Source: a virus
Lineage: Duplodnaviria; Caudoviricetes
Reading direction: 5' to 3' (one strand)
Length of the DNA stretch: 64,000 nucleotides
IMG/VR virus record: IMGVR_UViG_3300038393_001585
Span: 709 to 64,708 of that record
The position numbers and the translations under genes are program-made. A model generated the notes under the pieces. It ran no database searches, was not told the DNA's origin, and was given only the letters and a program-made list of their open reading frames with translations. Positions within the stretch are counted from its first letter, which is position 1. Each line of letters begins with the position of its first letter. Shown one piece after another: positions 1 to 7,578 of the stretch.

Positions 1-192
1 GAGAAGGCGCTCGCCGCCGAGAAGCTCCTCGCCTCCCAGTGGGTCGACGGCTCCTACGGCTCGAAGACCATCAGCGCCTACGCGGCCTGGCAGAAGCGCC
101 TCGGCTACACCGGCTCCGACGCCGACGGCATCCCCGGCAAGACCAGCCTGACCCGCCTCGGCGACAAGCACGGCTTCCAGGTGGTCGCGTGA
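1..192 (+). CDS. Endolysin C-terminus, peptidoglycan-binding domain (partial)
   Basis: Frame 1 reads ...VDGSYGSKTISAYAAWQKRLG...ADGIPGKTSLTRLG..., a PG_binding_1-like DG-x-x-G-x-x-T motif; lies upstream of holin. Confidence 0.8.
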   Translation, partial: EKALAAEKLLASQWVDGSYGSKTISAYAAWQKRLGYTGSDADGIPGKTSLTRLGDKHGFQVVA

Positions 193-497
193 GTGCGCCA
201 CGCCCAGCGCCGCCGTCGGACTGGCCGGGCATGGAGATGGTCGGCATGACCAAGCTGACCGACGACATCTACTTCGGTTGGCTGGCCAACGAGGCCAACC
301 CCACCTTCTGGCACTGGTGCAAGGCGCTGGAGAACGTGCCCGAAGACCGCAAGGTGCACGAGGGCTGCTGGGTGGCCGCAGGAACGAGCGCACACACCCT
401 CGTCTCCCGCCAGCCTCTGCACCTCGAACCATCCCTGCTGTGGCGGTGCTGCGGCACGCACGGCTTCGTCCGCAACGGGGCATGGATCCCCGCCTGA
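189..497 (+). CDS. Small Cys/His protein (DUF6527-like)
   Basis: GTG overlaps endolysin stop; C-terminal PLHLEPSLLWRCCGTHGFVRNGAW motif. Confidence 0.6.
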   Translation: MSAPRPAPPSDWPGMEMVGMTKLTDDIYFGWLANEANPTFWHWCKALENVPEDRKVHEGCWVAAGTSAHTLVSRQPLHLEPSLLWRCCGTHGFVRNGAWIPA

Positions 498-518
498 CCT
501 CAACGAATCGAGACCCCC

Positions 519-881
519 ATGCGTATCTTCGGCCGCGAACCGGCTCTCATCATCGCCGTCATCAGCGCGAGCCTGTCCCTGCTGGTCACCTTCAACTTCG
601 GTCTGTCCGCCGAGCAGGCCGGTGCGATCGTCGCCGTCATCAGCGCGGTGTTCGCCGCGGCCACCGCCGCCATCACCCGCCCGATCGCCCCCAGCGCGTT
701 CACGGGCCTCGTCGCTGCGGTCGCCGCACTCCTCGCCGCCTACGGCCTCAACCTCGGCCCCGAAAAGATCGGCGCCCTCAACGCTGTCGTCCTCGCCGGA
801 CTCGCCCTCATCACCCGCGGGCAGGTCTCCCCGGCCAGCCCGGCAGCGCCCGCAACAGCCCAGCCGCCGCGGAGCGTCTGA
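519..881 (+). CDS. Holin (prophage A)
   Basis: 120 aa with several hydrophobic segments, in lysis cassette; MRIFGREPAL start. Confidence 0.8.
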   Translation: MRIFGREPALIIAVISASLSLLVTFNFGLSAEQAGAIVAVISAVFAAATAAITRPIAPSAFTGLVAAVAALLAAYGLNLGPEKIGALNAVVLAGLALITRGQVSPASPAAPATAQPPRSV

Positions 882-899
882 CCCGATCGGAGCACCACC

Positions 900-1247
900 G
901 TGGCCGATGAGCCGACTCTCGGCGAGGTCGTCCGCAGACTTGAGGCCATCCACGCCGACCTCAAAGAAGACCTCCGCGAGTACGGCGCCCGGCTCGACAG
1001 CAAGGTCAGCATCGAGCGGTACGAGCTCGAACGACGTGCCGCCGACGACGTGCACCGCCAAGTGATCGAGCGGGTGACAGCGATCGAGACAGCCCGGGAA
1101 CGCGAGAAAGACCAGCAGCAGCAGACCCGCCAGAGGGCAGAGGAAAGGCGCCGCGCGGACCGGCGTCTCGCCTTCACCGCACTGATCGCACCAGTGCTGA
1201 TCCTGCTCCTGCAGGCGTATCTATCGGCGAAGGGGGCGGGTTCGTGA
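900..1247 (+). CDS. Lysis-cassette membrane protein (coiled coil plus C-terminal TM)
   Basis: Charged helical region then [19 protein letters not shown]; follows holin. Confidence 0.7.
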   Translation: MADEPTLGEVVRRLEAIHADLKEDLREYGARLDSKVSIERYELERRAADDVHRQVIERVTAIETAREREKDQQQQTRQRAEERRRADRRLAFTALIAPVLILLLQAYLSAKGAGS

Positions 1248-1903
1248 GAGCTCACAGCTCCCCGACCAAGGCGGCACGGAATCGTGCCGACCTGTGGTTC
1301 ACCCTCGGTGTGGTCCTCGCCCTGTCGCTGCTGGCGTGGGTGGTCATCACCATGCAGCAGCTCAGCCACGATCTGCGGACAGCGAACGCGGCGCGTGATG
1401 CCCTCGCTGTGCAGGTGCAGAAGCTCGGAGCTAAGCCGGTCGCCGGCCCGCCTGGCAGCCGCGGTGAGCCTGGTCTGGTGGGCCCGCGCGGGCCGCAAGG
1501 CGACACGGGCCCGGCCGGACCGCCAGGGCCTGAAGGGTCGCCGGGTTCGCCTGGCCCGTCTGGGTCGCCGGGCAAGAACGGCAGCAACGGGACGGACGGG
1601 CAGCCTGGAACAGCCGGGCAGCCCGGAACAGCCGGCGCCACCGGGCCAGCGGGTCCCGCAGGGCCACAGGGCCCGAAGGGCGACACCGGCCCCGCGGGAC
1701 CGCAGGGCGAGCAAGGTCCGCGAGGCGAGCAGGGGCCTGCCGGACAGTCCTGCCCGGACGGCTACAGCTGGCAGACCCCCGACTACGACCCGGACGCGAA
1801 GGTCTGCCGCAAGGACGGCGCACCGCAGCCGAGTCCCAGCGACGACAAGGGCGGTGGCCTGCTCGGCATGGCCCTCGATCCCAACCGCCGCGAGTACATG
1901 TAG
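1244..1903 (+). CDS. Membrane-anchored collagen-like protein
   Basis: N-terminal TM, coiled coil, long Gly-X-Y run, C-terminal Cys pair; GTGA overlap. Confidence 0.8.
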   Translation: MRAHSSPTKAARNRADLWFTLGVVLALSLLAWVVITMQQLSHDLRTANAARDALAVQVQKLGAKPVAGPPGSRGEPGLVGPRGPQGDTGPAGPPGPEGSPGSPGPSGSPGKNGSNGTDGQPGTAGQPGTAGATGPAGPAGPQGPKGDTGPAGPQGEQGPRGEQGPAGQSCPDGYSWQTPDYDPDAKVCRKDGAPQPSPSDDKGGGLLGMALDPNRREYM

Positions 1904-1911
1904 GAGGGGCG

Positions 1912-2049
1912 ATGCCCGATCCGATCCCGGTGCAGCCGCTCCCGCAGCCCGGCGCCGCCGACCTGAAGTCCCTCGTCGCGCTCGGGCAGGCGGATCCGCC
2001 GCCCGTCCCGCAGCCGGCCGAGCCGCCGGCACCCAACCAGACCCAGTGA
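1912..2049 (+). CDS. Pro-rich microprotein (45 aa)
   Basis: GGAGG RBS; MPDPIPVQPLPQPGAADLKSLVALGQ... Confidence 0.5.
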   Translation: MPDPIPVQPLPQPGAADLKSLVALGQADPPPVPQPAEPPAPNQTQ

Positions 2050-2056
2050 GGCAACC

Positions 2057-2146
2057 GTGGAAGACGAAGACGACGACGTCCCGCTGTGGCTGAGCCCGTG
2101 GCCGTTCCGTGAACCGCCCTGGCCGCCGGACTACGACGAAGACTGA
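2057..2146 (+). CDS. Acidic Trp/Pro microprotein (29 aa)
   Basis: GAGG RBS; MEDEDDDVPLWLSPWPFREPPWPPDYDED; ends just before terminator. Confidence 0.4.
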   Translation: MEDEDDDVPLWLSPWPFREPPWPPDYDED

Positions 2147-2149
2147 GAG

Positions 2150-2177
2150 CGCCCCCTCCTTCGGGAGGGGGCGTTTC
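2150..2177 (+). terminator. Intrinsic terminator after lysis cassette
   Basis: CGCCCCCTCC-TTCG-GGAGGGGGCG then TTTC. Confidence 0.8.
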
Positions 2178-2210
2178 GTCTTGCCCAAAGGGCTGCACAC
2201 GGCCAACTCT

Positions 2211-2238
2211 GTGGTTGATAATGACAGTTATCCAATAC
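2211..2238. other. dif/Xer-like tyrosine recombinase site (11-6-11)
   Basis: GTGGTTGATAA-TGACAG-TTATCCAATAC; ATAA-N6-TTAT core in an AT-rich patch about 0.5 kb upstream of a tyrosine recombinase. Confidence 0.6.
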
Positions 2239-2285
2239 CGCGCTAGCGTGGCGGTACAACGACCCCACTGGTGAAGGAGACTGCG

Positions 2286-2498
2286 ATGACCGGTGCCGAT
2301 GCCCTCAAGACCACGATGATCAACCGCCCCGAACGACCGCACGAGTTGGTGCCCACTCCACTCCTTAAGGGCGCCCTCGCCCGCTCCAGCGCCGATGCCC
2401 GGCGCTACGCCCAGACCGGGCCGAAGGAACACGAGGACATCTGCCACCTCCTTGCAGACGAGTACCTGACCGAGCTTCAGGCCCGAGGAGAGCTGTGA
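2286..2498 (+). CDS. Hypothetical protein
   Basis: AAGGAG RBS; first gene of the recombinase operon. Confidence 0.6.
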   Translation: MTGADALKTTMINRPERPHELVPTPLLKGALARSSADARRYAQTGPKEHEDICHLLADEYLTELQARGEL

Positions 2499-2749
2499 GC
2501 AGCTCGATGTACTGGCGACCCGCACCCAAAGAAGAGCCCCCAGTGCAGGACCTGCCCTACGAGTTGAAGCGCGCTGTCGCGCAGCGCTTCTGGGGCCACG
2601 ACGGGACTTTGCATGGTGACGACTACGCCCTGAGCAAGGAAGACATCCCCTACCTGGAGGGTCTCGCGGACGCAGGCATTGACGGCGCCACCGAACTGAT
2701 CGAGGCCATCCGGCAGCATGGCCGTGTGCTCGTCTGGATCGGCGGCTAG
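2495..2749 (+). CDS. Hypothetical protein
   Basis: GTGA overlap, phage-like codon usage. Confidence 0.6.
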   Translation: MSSSMYWRPAPKEEPPVQDLPYELKRAVAQRFWGHDGTLHGDDYALSKEDIPYLEGLADAGIDGATELIEAIRQHGRVLVWIGG

Positions 2750-2750
2750 C

Positions 2751-3779
2751 GTGACCGCCCTCGTCCCGCGCCCGTCGGCGGAGCTGTCGACCGACCGGCA
2801 CGACCCCCGCGACGACTGGCCCGACGAAGCCCGCCACCTCGCCGACTATCTGACCGAGTTCTACGGCGACGCCGACCCACTGCCCACCATCGCGGGCGGC
2901 TGGGTCGCCCGGCAGAAGTCTCGGCACACCCGACGCGCATACGTGCGGACGTTCAAGGCGTGGGAGGGATACGCCCGCAAGAGCAAGATCCACCCGCTCC
3001 AGGCGAAGTTGCCTCTGGCCGACGCCTACGCCAAGCACCTCGCCAAGACCCCCACCCGCAACGGCAAGCCGCCCGCAGAGACCACCCAGGCCCAGGCCCT
3101 CGCCGCCGCCGGGAGCTTCTACACCTACGCCGCCCGCCTCCAAGCCGTCGACTCCGACCCGTTCGCCGCCGTCAACCGGCCCTACGTCGACCCCGACTAC
3201 TCGCCCACCGAAGGCATGACCGAGGACGAGACAACCCGGCTCATCCAGACCGCCCGCGACTGGGCGCCCCGCTCCTACGCCCTCGTCATGCTCCTCTACC
3301 TCACCGGCGCCCGCGTCGACGAACTCCTCTCACTCAACGCCGACCAACTCGGCTACGACCGAGGCCACCGCACCCTGCCCCTCACACAGAAGGGCGGCAA
3401 GAAGCGTCCCGCCCCCGTACCGCCGCTCGCCCTCGACGCACTCCTCGCCTACCTCGGCGACCGCACCGACGGCCCACTGTTCACCAGCGAGACCGGCCGC
3501 CGCTGGACGCAGCCCGAAGTGTGGAAGCACCTCCGCGTCCTCGCCCGCCGCGCCGGCATCCCGCAAGCCGCCACGATCAAGCCCCACACGCTGCGGCACC
3601 AGTTCATCACCGACAACCTCGCCAACGGGGTGCCACTCCAGGACGTGCAAGACGCCGTCAGCCACTCCGACCCGCGCACCACCCAGCGGTACAACCGACG
3701 CCGCCGGCAACTCGACAACCACCCCGCCTACGCCCTCGCCGCTCGGCTGGGGGAGAGGCTCCAGCAAGGCGAAGGCTGA
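2751..3779 (+). CDS. XerC/D-like tyrosine recombinase (second recombinase)
   Basis: TGARVDE (R), QKGGK (K), PHTLRH (HxxR), HSDPRTTQRY (H, Y) all intact. Confidence 0.9.
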   Translation: MTALVPRPSAELSTDRHDPRDDWPDEARHLADYLTEFYGDADPLPTIAGGWVARQKSRHTRRAYVRTFKAWEGYARKSKIHPLQAKLPLADAYAKHLAKTPTRNGKPPAETTQAQALAAAGSFYTYAARLQAVDSDPFAAVNRPYVDPDYSPTEGMTEDETTRLIQTARDWAPRSYALVMLLYLTGARVDELLSLNADQLGYDRGHRTLPLTQKGGKKRPAPVPPLALDALLAYLGDRTDGPLFTSETGRRWTQPEVWKHLRVLARRAGIPQAATIKPHTLRHQFITDNLANGVPLQDVQDAVSHSDPRTTQRYNRRRRQLDNHPAYALAARLGERLQQGEG

Positions 3780-3788
3780 GCACGACGA

Positions 3789-3820
3789 CGCCCCCGCAGC
3801 CGAACCCGGCTGCGGGGGCG
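3789..3820. terminator. Hairpin terminator (probably bidirectional)
   Basis: 14-bp stem CGCCCCCGCAGCCG / CGGCTGCGGGGGCG, loop AACC. Confidence 0.75.
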
Positions 3821-3839
3821 TTCTGCTGTCCTAGGGTGC

Positions 3840-3866
3840 TCAGCCCCATCCGGTGTCGTCGCTCAT
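3840..3866 (-). CDS. Putative 8-aa micropeptide MSDDTGWG
   Basis: GAGGAG RBS 5 nt upstream of ATG, convergent on the terminator. Confidence 0.3.
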   Translation of the reverse strand: MSDDTGWG

Positions 3867-4025
3867 GACCCCTCCTCACGTAAGGTGCGGCCTGCCGAGG
3901 GGGTACCCCCACGCCCCGAAGGGTCGCTGCGAACGAGGCAGGCCGCCCGAACACGGTACGCGCGGGCGGCCGTTCTGTCGCCAGTCGTGCCACACTGATC
4001 CCCGTTTCGCTGGGGTGGAGGCTGA

Positions 4026-4412
4026 ATGGCTACTGATCTTGTGGACTTGCTCAAGGACCGTCGGCGGGAACTGGGGCTGTCTTACCACTCCCTTGCTGCT
4101 GCGTGTCTCGACGCAACGTCGAACACGACCGTGTCGGCCGGCTGGCTGCACCGCCTGGAGACAGGAGCGCCGGTGATCCCTCCGTCGCTCGAGATGCTGG
4201 GCGCTCTGGCCGAAGGGCTGCAGTTGCCCCGGGTGCGCCTTCAGGAGGCAGCCGCAGCCCAGTACTACGGCGTGCGCCTGTCGTGGGAGATCTCCGGCGA
4301 CGCCGCAGCCGTACTAGCCGATTTGGCCGTGTTGCCGCAGGGGCAGCGACAGGCGATATCGGATCTGATCCGGGTGCTGGCCGAGGGCGAGTCTGATCAG
4401 CCCTCCAGGTAG
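4026..4412 (+). CDS. XRE-family HTH regulator
   Basis: LLKDRRRELGLSYHSLA...WLHRLETG...SLEMLGALAEGL. Confidence 0.75.
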   Translation: MATDLVDLLKDRRRELGLSYHSLAAACLDATSNTTVSAGWLHRLETGAPVIPPSLEMLGALAEGLQLPRVRLQEAAAAQYYGVRLSWEISGDAAAVLADLAVLPQGQRQAISDLIRVLAEGESDQPSR

Positions 4413-4738
4413 CCCAGCTCCGAGTCTGGCCGACAGTGGCTGCAGGCTGGCACCCCGGCGGCGAGGGCCCGGCGCGCGGTGTCGGAGTCGACGCCCTTCG
4501 CCCGCTTGCCGCGCATGTGGCAGTCGCCGGTGTGGACGCCGATGGGCATGGCGTCCTTGTTGAGGCCGTAGTCGAGGACCCAGTCGGGTGGTGCCGGCCG
4601 GGCCTGCTCGCCTTGCTGCCGTTCCCGCTCGCGGCGTTCTTCGTCGGCGATCCAGCGGCGGGTGCGCTCGAGATCCTGCTCCTGAACGCGTTCGAGGAAG
4701 CGCAGCAGGTCGAGGCGCGAGGGAGCGGGGTCGTTCAC
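4397..4738 (-). CDS. DUF6233-like Zn-binding protein
   Basis: VHTGDC...ARRALAAGVPACSHCRPDSELG motif. Confidence 0.7.
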   Translation of the reverse strand: MNDPAPSRLDLLRFLERVQEQDLERTRRWIADEERRERERQQGEQARPAPPDWVLDYGLNKDAMPIGVHTGDCHMRGKRAKGVDSDTARRALAAGVPACSHCRPDSELGYLEG

Positions 4739-4746
4739 GTGTTCGA
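4731..4746. promoter_or_regulatory. LexA (SOS) box-like site over the DUF6233-like start codon
   Basis: Minus strand TCGAAC-ACGT-GAACGA vs actinobacterial TCGAAC-N4-GTTCGA (10/12). Confidence 0.5.
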
Positions 4747-4793
4747 TTCTAGGCGCTAGTCTGTCCCCGCAGCGCGACGGGCAGAGGGATCAG

Positions 4794-5165
4794 GTGGACA
4801 TCGAACGCATGACGGTCGACGAGCTGCTCGCCAGCCACGCCGTGGACCCGGCCCGCCTGGATCCCGCGCCGGCCGACCCGTCCCGCGCGCAGACGACGGC
4901 CCGCTACGCCCAGCATGGGACGCTGCCATGTACGGCCTGCGGGAAGACGGAGGACTGCCGCACCTCCCGATCCATCCCCTTCCCGGGGCACGGCCCACGC
5001 TGGGTGGACCTGTGCCGAGACCACTCGCTGGCGACGATGCCGCCCTGGACGGGGCCGGCCACAATCGAGGGGGTCCTCGCCGACCTGCGGGCGGTCATGG
5101 GGCGGGGCGCGGGGCTGCGGCTGTGGACGGACGAGGACGGCTGGCAGGATGAGCGTCATGGATGA
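4794..5165 (+). CDS. Hypothetical Zn-finger protein
   Basis: CxxC ... LCxxH motif. Confidence 0.55.
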   Translation: MDIERMTVDELLASHAVDPARLDPAPADPSRAQTTARYAQHGTLPCTACGKTEDCRTSRSIPFPGHGPRWVDLCRDHSLATMPPWTGPATIEGVLADLRAVMGRGAGLRLWTDEDGWQDERHG

Positions 5166-5349
5166 CCCCGGCCGCTACCACCTGACCCTCACCTCCGACG
5201 GCCGACCGGTACAGCACGGCTGGTGGGCGAGCGAGGAGACCGCCCGGGACAAGTTCCGGCGCTGGGTCGGCGCAGTCGGCAACATGCCCGAGCCGCGAGT
5301 CACCCTCACCGACGAGGAGACCGGCGAGCAGCTCGACAGTTGGCCGTAG
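5149..5349 (+). CDS. Hypothetical protein
   Basis: GRYHLTLTSDGRPVQHGWW...; overlaps upstream stop. Confidence 0.6.
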   Translation: MSVMDDPGRYHLTLTSDGRPVQHGWWASEETARDKFRRWVGAVGNMPEPRVTLTDEETGEQLDSWP

Positions 5350-5410
5350 CCGGACTGTCAGTGGTGGCCGCTACGGTGGTTCCTGTCCCAGTCTTGGGCG
5401 AACTCGAATG

Positions 5411-5445
5411 ACGCCCCGCCCGGCGTGATGCACCGGGCGGGGCGT
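5411..5445. terminator. Hairpin between convergent genes
   Basis: 13-bp stem ACGCCCCGCCCGG / CCGGGCGGGGCGT. Confidence 0.7.
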
Positions 5446-5452
5446 GGCGCTG

Positions 5453-5689
5453 TCAGCTGGCGGCCGGCTCCGGGTTCCGGACGGCCTTCTTCGCGGCCAT
5501 CTCCACCTCGTACCGCACCGCTCCCTCGGCTTCGGCATGCTCGGTGACCGCGGCCTGGAAGACGGCGGCGGCTTCGATCCAGGCCTGCCGGGTGCCGGCC
5601 TGGTCGGTGTCGGGGTCGGCAAGGTACTGGGCGTGCGCCGCCTCGGCGGAACGTTCCATCTGCACGAGATCTTCGAAGGTGTGTGCCAC
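5453..5689 (-). CDS. Hypothetical protein
   Basis: MAHTFEDLVQMERSAEAAHA...; AGGA RBS. Confidence 0.55.
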   Translation of the reverse strand: MAHTFEDLVQMERSAEAAHAQYLADPDTDQAGTRQAWIEAAAVFQAAVTEHAEAEGAVRYEVEMAAKKAVRNPEPAAS

Positions 5690-5700
5690 GGGCACCGATC

Positions 5701-5895
5701 CTAAGCGGCGGCCACCACGTCCTCGAGCGCCCGCTCCCGCGCGGTCGCCGCATGCCACTCCTCGACGAGCCGATGGTAGGTCGACCGGTCCTCTGGCCGC
5801 AGTCGGCCACCAGCCCGCAGCATCAGGGCGCGAATGTCCGCGTTCACCGCGGCTGCAGACCGCGGCAGGCCCGGGACCGGGGGAGTGGAGGACAT
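5701..5895 (-). CDS. Hypothetical protein
   Basis: RSAAAVNADIRAL...GGRL...Y.RLV.EW pattern. Confidence 0.55.
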   Translation of the reverse strand: MSSTPPVPGLPRSAAAVNADIRALMLRAGGRLRPEDRSTYHRLVEEWHAATARERALEDVVAAA

Positions 5896-5928
5896 GCGAT
5901 CAGGCTAGTCGCCCGGTCTGACAGTCAC

Positions 5929-6186
5929 CTAGGAGTTCGAGCGGTCCGCGATGTACGTGCCCTTCGCCGGGAGCGTCACGACGAGCCCGCGCTCCCGTAG
6001 CTCCTCGACCGCGCGGCGGACGGTGCCGACGGCGACGCCGACCTGCTCGGCCAGCTCCCGCTCGCCCTCCAGCCGTGCACCCGGCTGCAGCTCGCCGGCC
6101 TCGATCCGACGCGCGATCCAGTCGGCGACTTGCTGCCACACGTAGACCGGGCGGGACGGATCCACCACCGGCTCTTGATCACCCAT
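5929..6186 (-). CDS. GntR-family winged-HTH-only regulator
   Basis: WQQVADWIARRIEAGELQPGARLEGERELAEQVGVAVGTVRRAVEELRERGLV...KGTYI. Confidence 0.85.
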   Translation of the reverse strand: MGDQEPVVDPSRPVYVWQQVADWIARRIEAGELQPGARLEGERELAEQVGVAVGTVRRAVEELRERGLVVTLPAKGTYIADRSNS

Positions 6187-6222
6187 GCTTTGACGCTAGG
6201 GCGGCCCACCGCAGCGCATCTC

Positions 6223-6270
6223 AGCAGGTAGCTCCATACAGCGGTATAGAGCAGTGTGGAGCGGTAGCCT
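6223..6270. promoter_or_regulatory. 10-bp-phased repeat array (likely GntR operator)
   Basis: AGCGGTA at 6240 and 6260, AGCAGTG at 6250, AGCAGGT at 6223, between divergent genes. Confidence 0.45.
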
Positions 6271-6350
6271 CACATCAGGACAGCAAAACGCCCCCGAGGC
6301 CGCAGCCGGGAAGCCCGGCCCCGAGGGCAGCCGACGATCGGAGCGTCGAC

Positions 6351-6578
6351 ATGGGCGAGGGTAGACCCAGAGACCCAGCCACGGACCCAGCCCGGCCGAC
6401 TGGGCTCAGCCCGCTCCAGCAGGCGTGGAAGGACTACACGAGCCACACCGCCGGCTGCCCCCGCTGCCGGACCACCGACGGCGGCCGATGCGCCGATGCC
6501 GCCCGGTTATGGGCGGCGCACCGCGACCTCTGCGACCAGGCCTACGCCGCGCTCGCGGCCGAGCGGGGCCGTGCCTGA
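6351..6578 (+). CDS. Small CxxC protein containing a TTA codon
   Basis: HTAGCPRC...RC motif; in-frame TTA at 6507-6509. Confidence 0.55.
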   Translation: MGEGRPRDPATDPARPTGLSPLQQAWKDYTSHTAGCPRCRTTDGGRCADAARLWAAHRDLCDQAYAALAAERGRA

Positions 6579-6755
6579 CAGGCACCAATTCGGCGTTCAG
6601 TTTTGCCACAGAGGGAAGCCCTGGCCATAACATGCGCCAGCGGTCAGCGCCCACGTGTGGGATGTGTGGGAGTCGTGCAGATAAATGCGAATCTCATCTT
6701 CCGCTACTGGTCGTGCGTGGTGTTGACTCACGGTCAGTGGCCGCTGCATGCATCG

Positions 6756-6992
6756 TCAGTGAAGGAGGTCGGTCACGTGCACCCTCAGGGCCCGCGCGAT
6801 ACGCAGCAGGGTCGAGATGCGGGCGTCCACCAAGCCGGCCTCGACGTCCTGGTAGGTCTTGCGACCGAGCTGCGCGGCGAGGAAGACGGACTCCTGGGTG
6901 CGGTCCTGACGGATCCGGATGATGCGGATGCGGTCGCCGATGGCGCGGCGCTCTTCGAGGAGCCAGGCGTCGTCATCGGGCAGGTGGGGCAC
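6756..6992 (-). CDS. XRE-family HTH regulator
   Basis: IGDRIRIIRIRQDRTQESV...RKTYQDVEAG...ISTLLRIARAL. Confidence 0.85.
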   Translation of the reverse strand: MPHLPDDDAWLLEERRAIGDRIRIIRIRQDRTQESVFLAAQLGRKTYQDVEAGLVDARISTLLRIARALRVHVTDLLH

Positions 6993-7013
6993 CTGTTACA
7001 CGCTGGGGCGACC

Positions 7014-7056
7014 ATGATCATAAGTCAGCCTGGAATTCCAGGCATTCTGTGATCAT
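7014..7056. promoter_or_regulatory. Palindromic operator upstream of XRE gene
   Basis: Perfect 16-bp palindrome GCCTGGAATTCCAGGC (7028-7043) flanked by ATGATCA and TGATCAT. Confidence 0.55.
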
Positions 7057-7198
7057 GGAATCGGCCAGAGTCCCGCGACGGACGGGGCAACCACCCGCGT
7101 AGAGAGAGCGGGGTGCGCAGCCGCTCGGCGGCTGTCACCCGCCACTGGCGGCCCTGTGGTCTGGCATATGCCGCAGGGCTGGCTGTAGTGTCCATGAA

Positions 7199-7214
7199 TC
7201 GAACGGGTGTTCGC
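7199..7214. promoter_or_regulatory. LexA (SOS) box
   Basis: TCGAAC-GGGT-GTTCGC, 11/12 match to TCGAAC-N4-GTTCGA. Confidence 0.6.
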
Positions 7215-7312
7215 CCGAAAGGGTGAACCCACAGGCCAGCCCGCATCCAGGCCAGCAAGCCGGGCATCCGAACCACGCCCCCGAGCCCCGCAAGACGTCA
7301 ACAGGAGACGGC

Positions 7313-7546
7313 ATGGACCGGCAACAGATCCTCGACCTCTACGACTGGACGCCGGGCACCTGCTTCCGGCACCCCCGTAAGGGCGAGGTGCCTACGGCTC
7401 ACGTCCGGACCGTTCGACCCTCGGCCGGCGGCATCCAGGACATCCGCGCCTGCGCGGAGTGTGTGACGTCCATGGAGGAACAGCGGAAGCGAGCAGCTGA
7501 CCGCAAGGGCCTGTCGTACCGGCCTGGGGAGCTGGCCATCGAATAG
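7313..7546 (+). CDS. Hypothetical Zn-binding protein
   Basis: AGGAG RBS; CFRHP...ACAEC. Confidence 0.6.
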   Translation: MDRQQILDLYDWTPGTCFRHPRKGEVPTAHVRTVRPSAGGIQDIRACAECVTSMEEQRKRAADRKGLSYRPGELAIE

Positions 7547-7578
7547 GCCCTGCTGAAGGCCTGTTTCCAGGTGGATTT

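Noticed and set aside
1-970. Simple terminal redundancy of a single phage genome
   Set aside because: The repeated lysis regions have different endolysins and a diverged holin, so they are not exact copies.
1440-1745. CRISPR-like periodicity in GC-rich repeats (also 37320-37500)
   Set aside because: These are Gly-X-Y collagen codons inside CDSs; no repeat-spacer structure and no cas genes.
5690-5758. TTA codon in the extended ORF 5453-5758
   Set aside because: It lies upstream of the likely GTG start at 5689 and overlaps the neighbour's stop codon.
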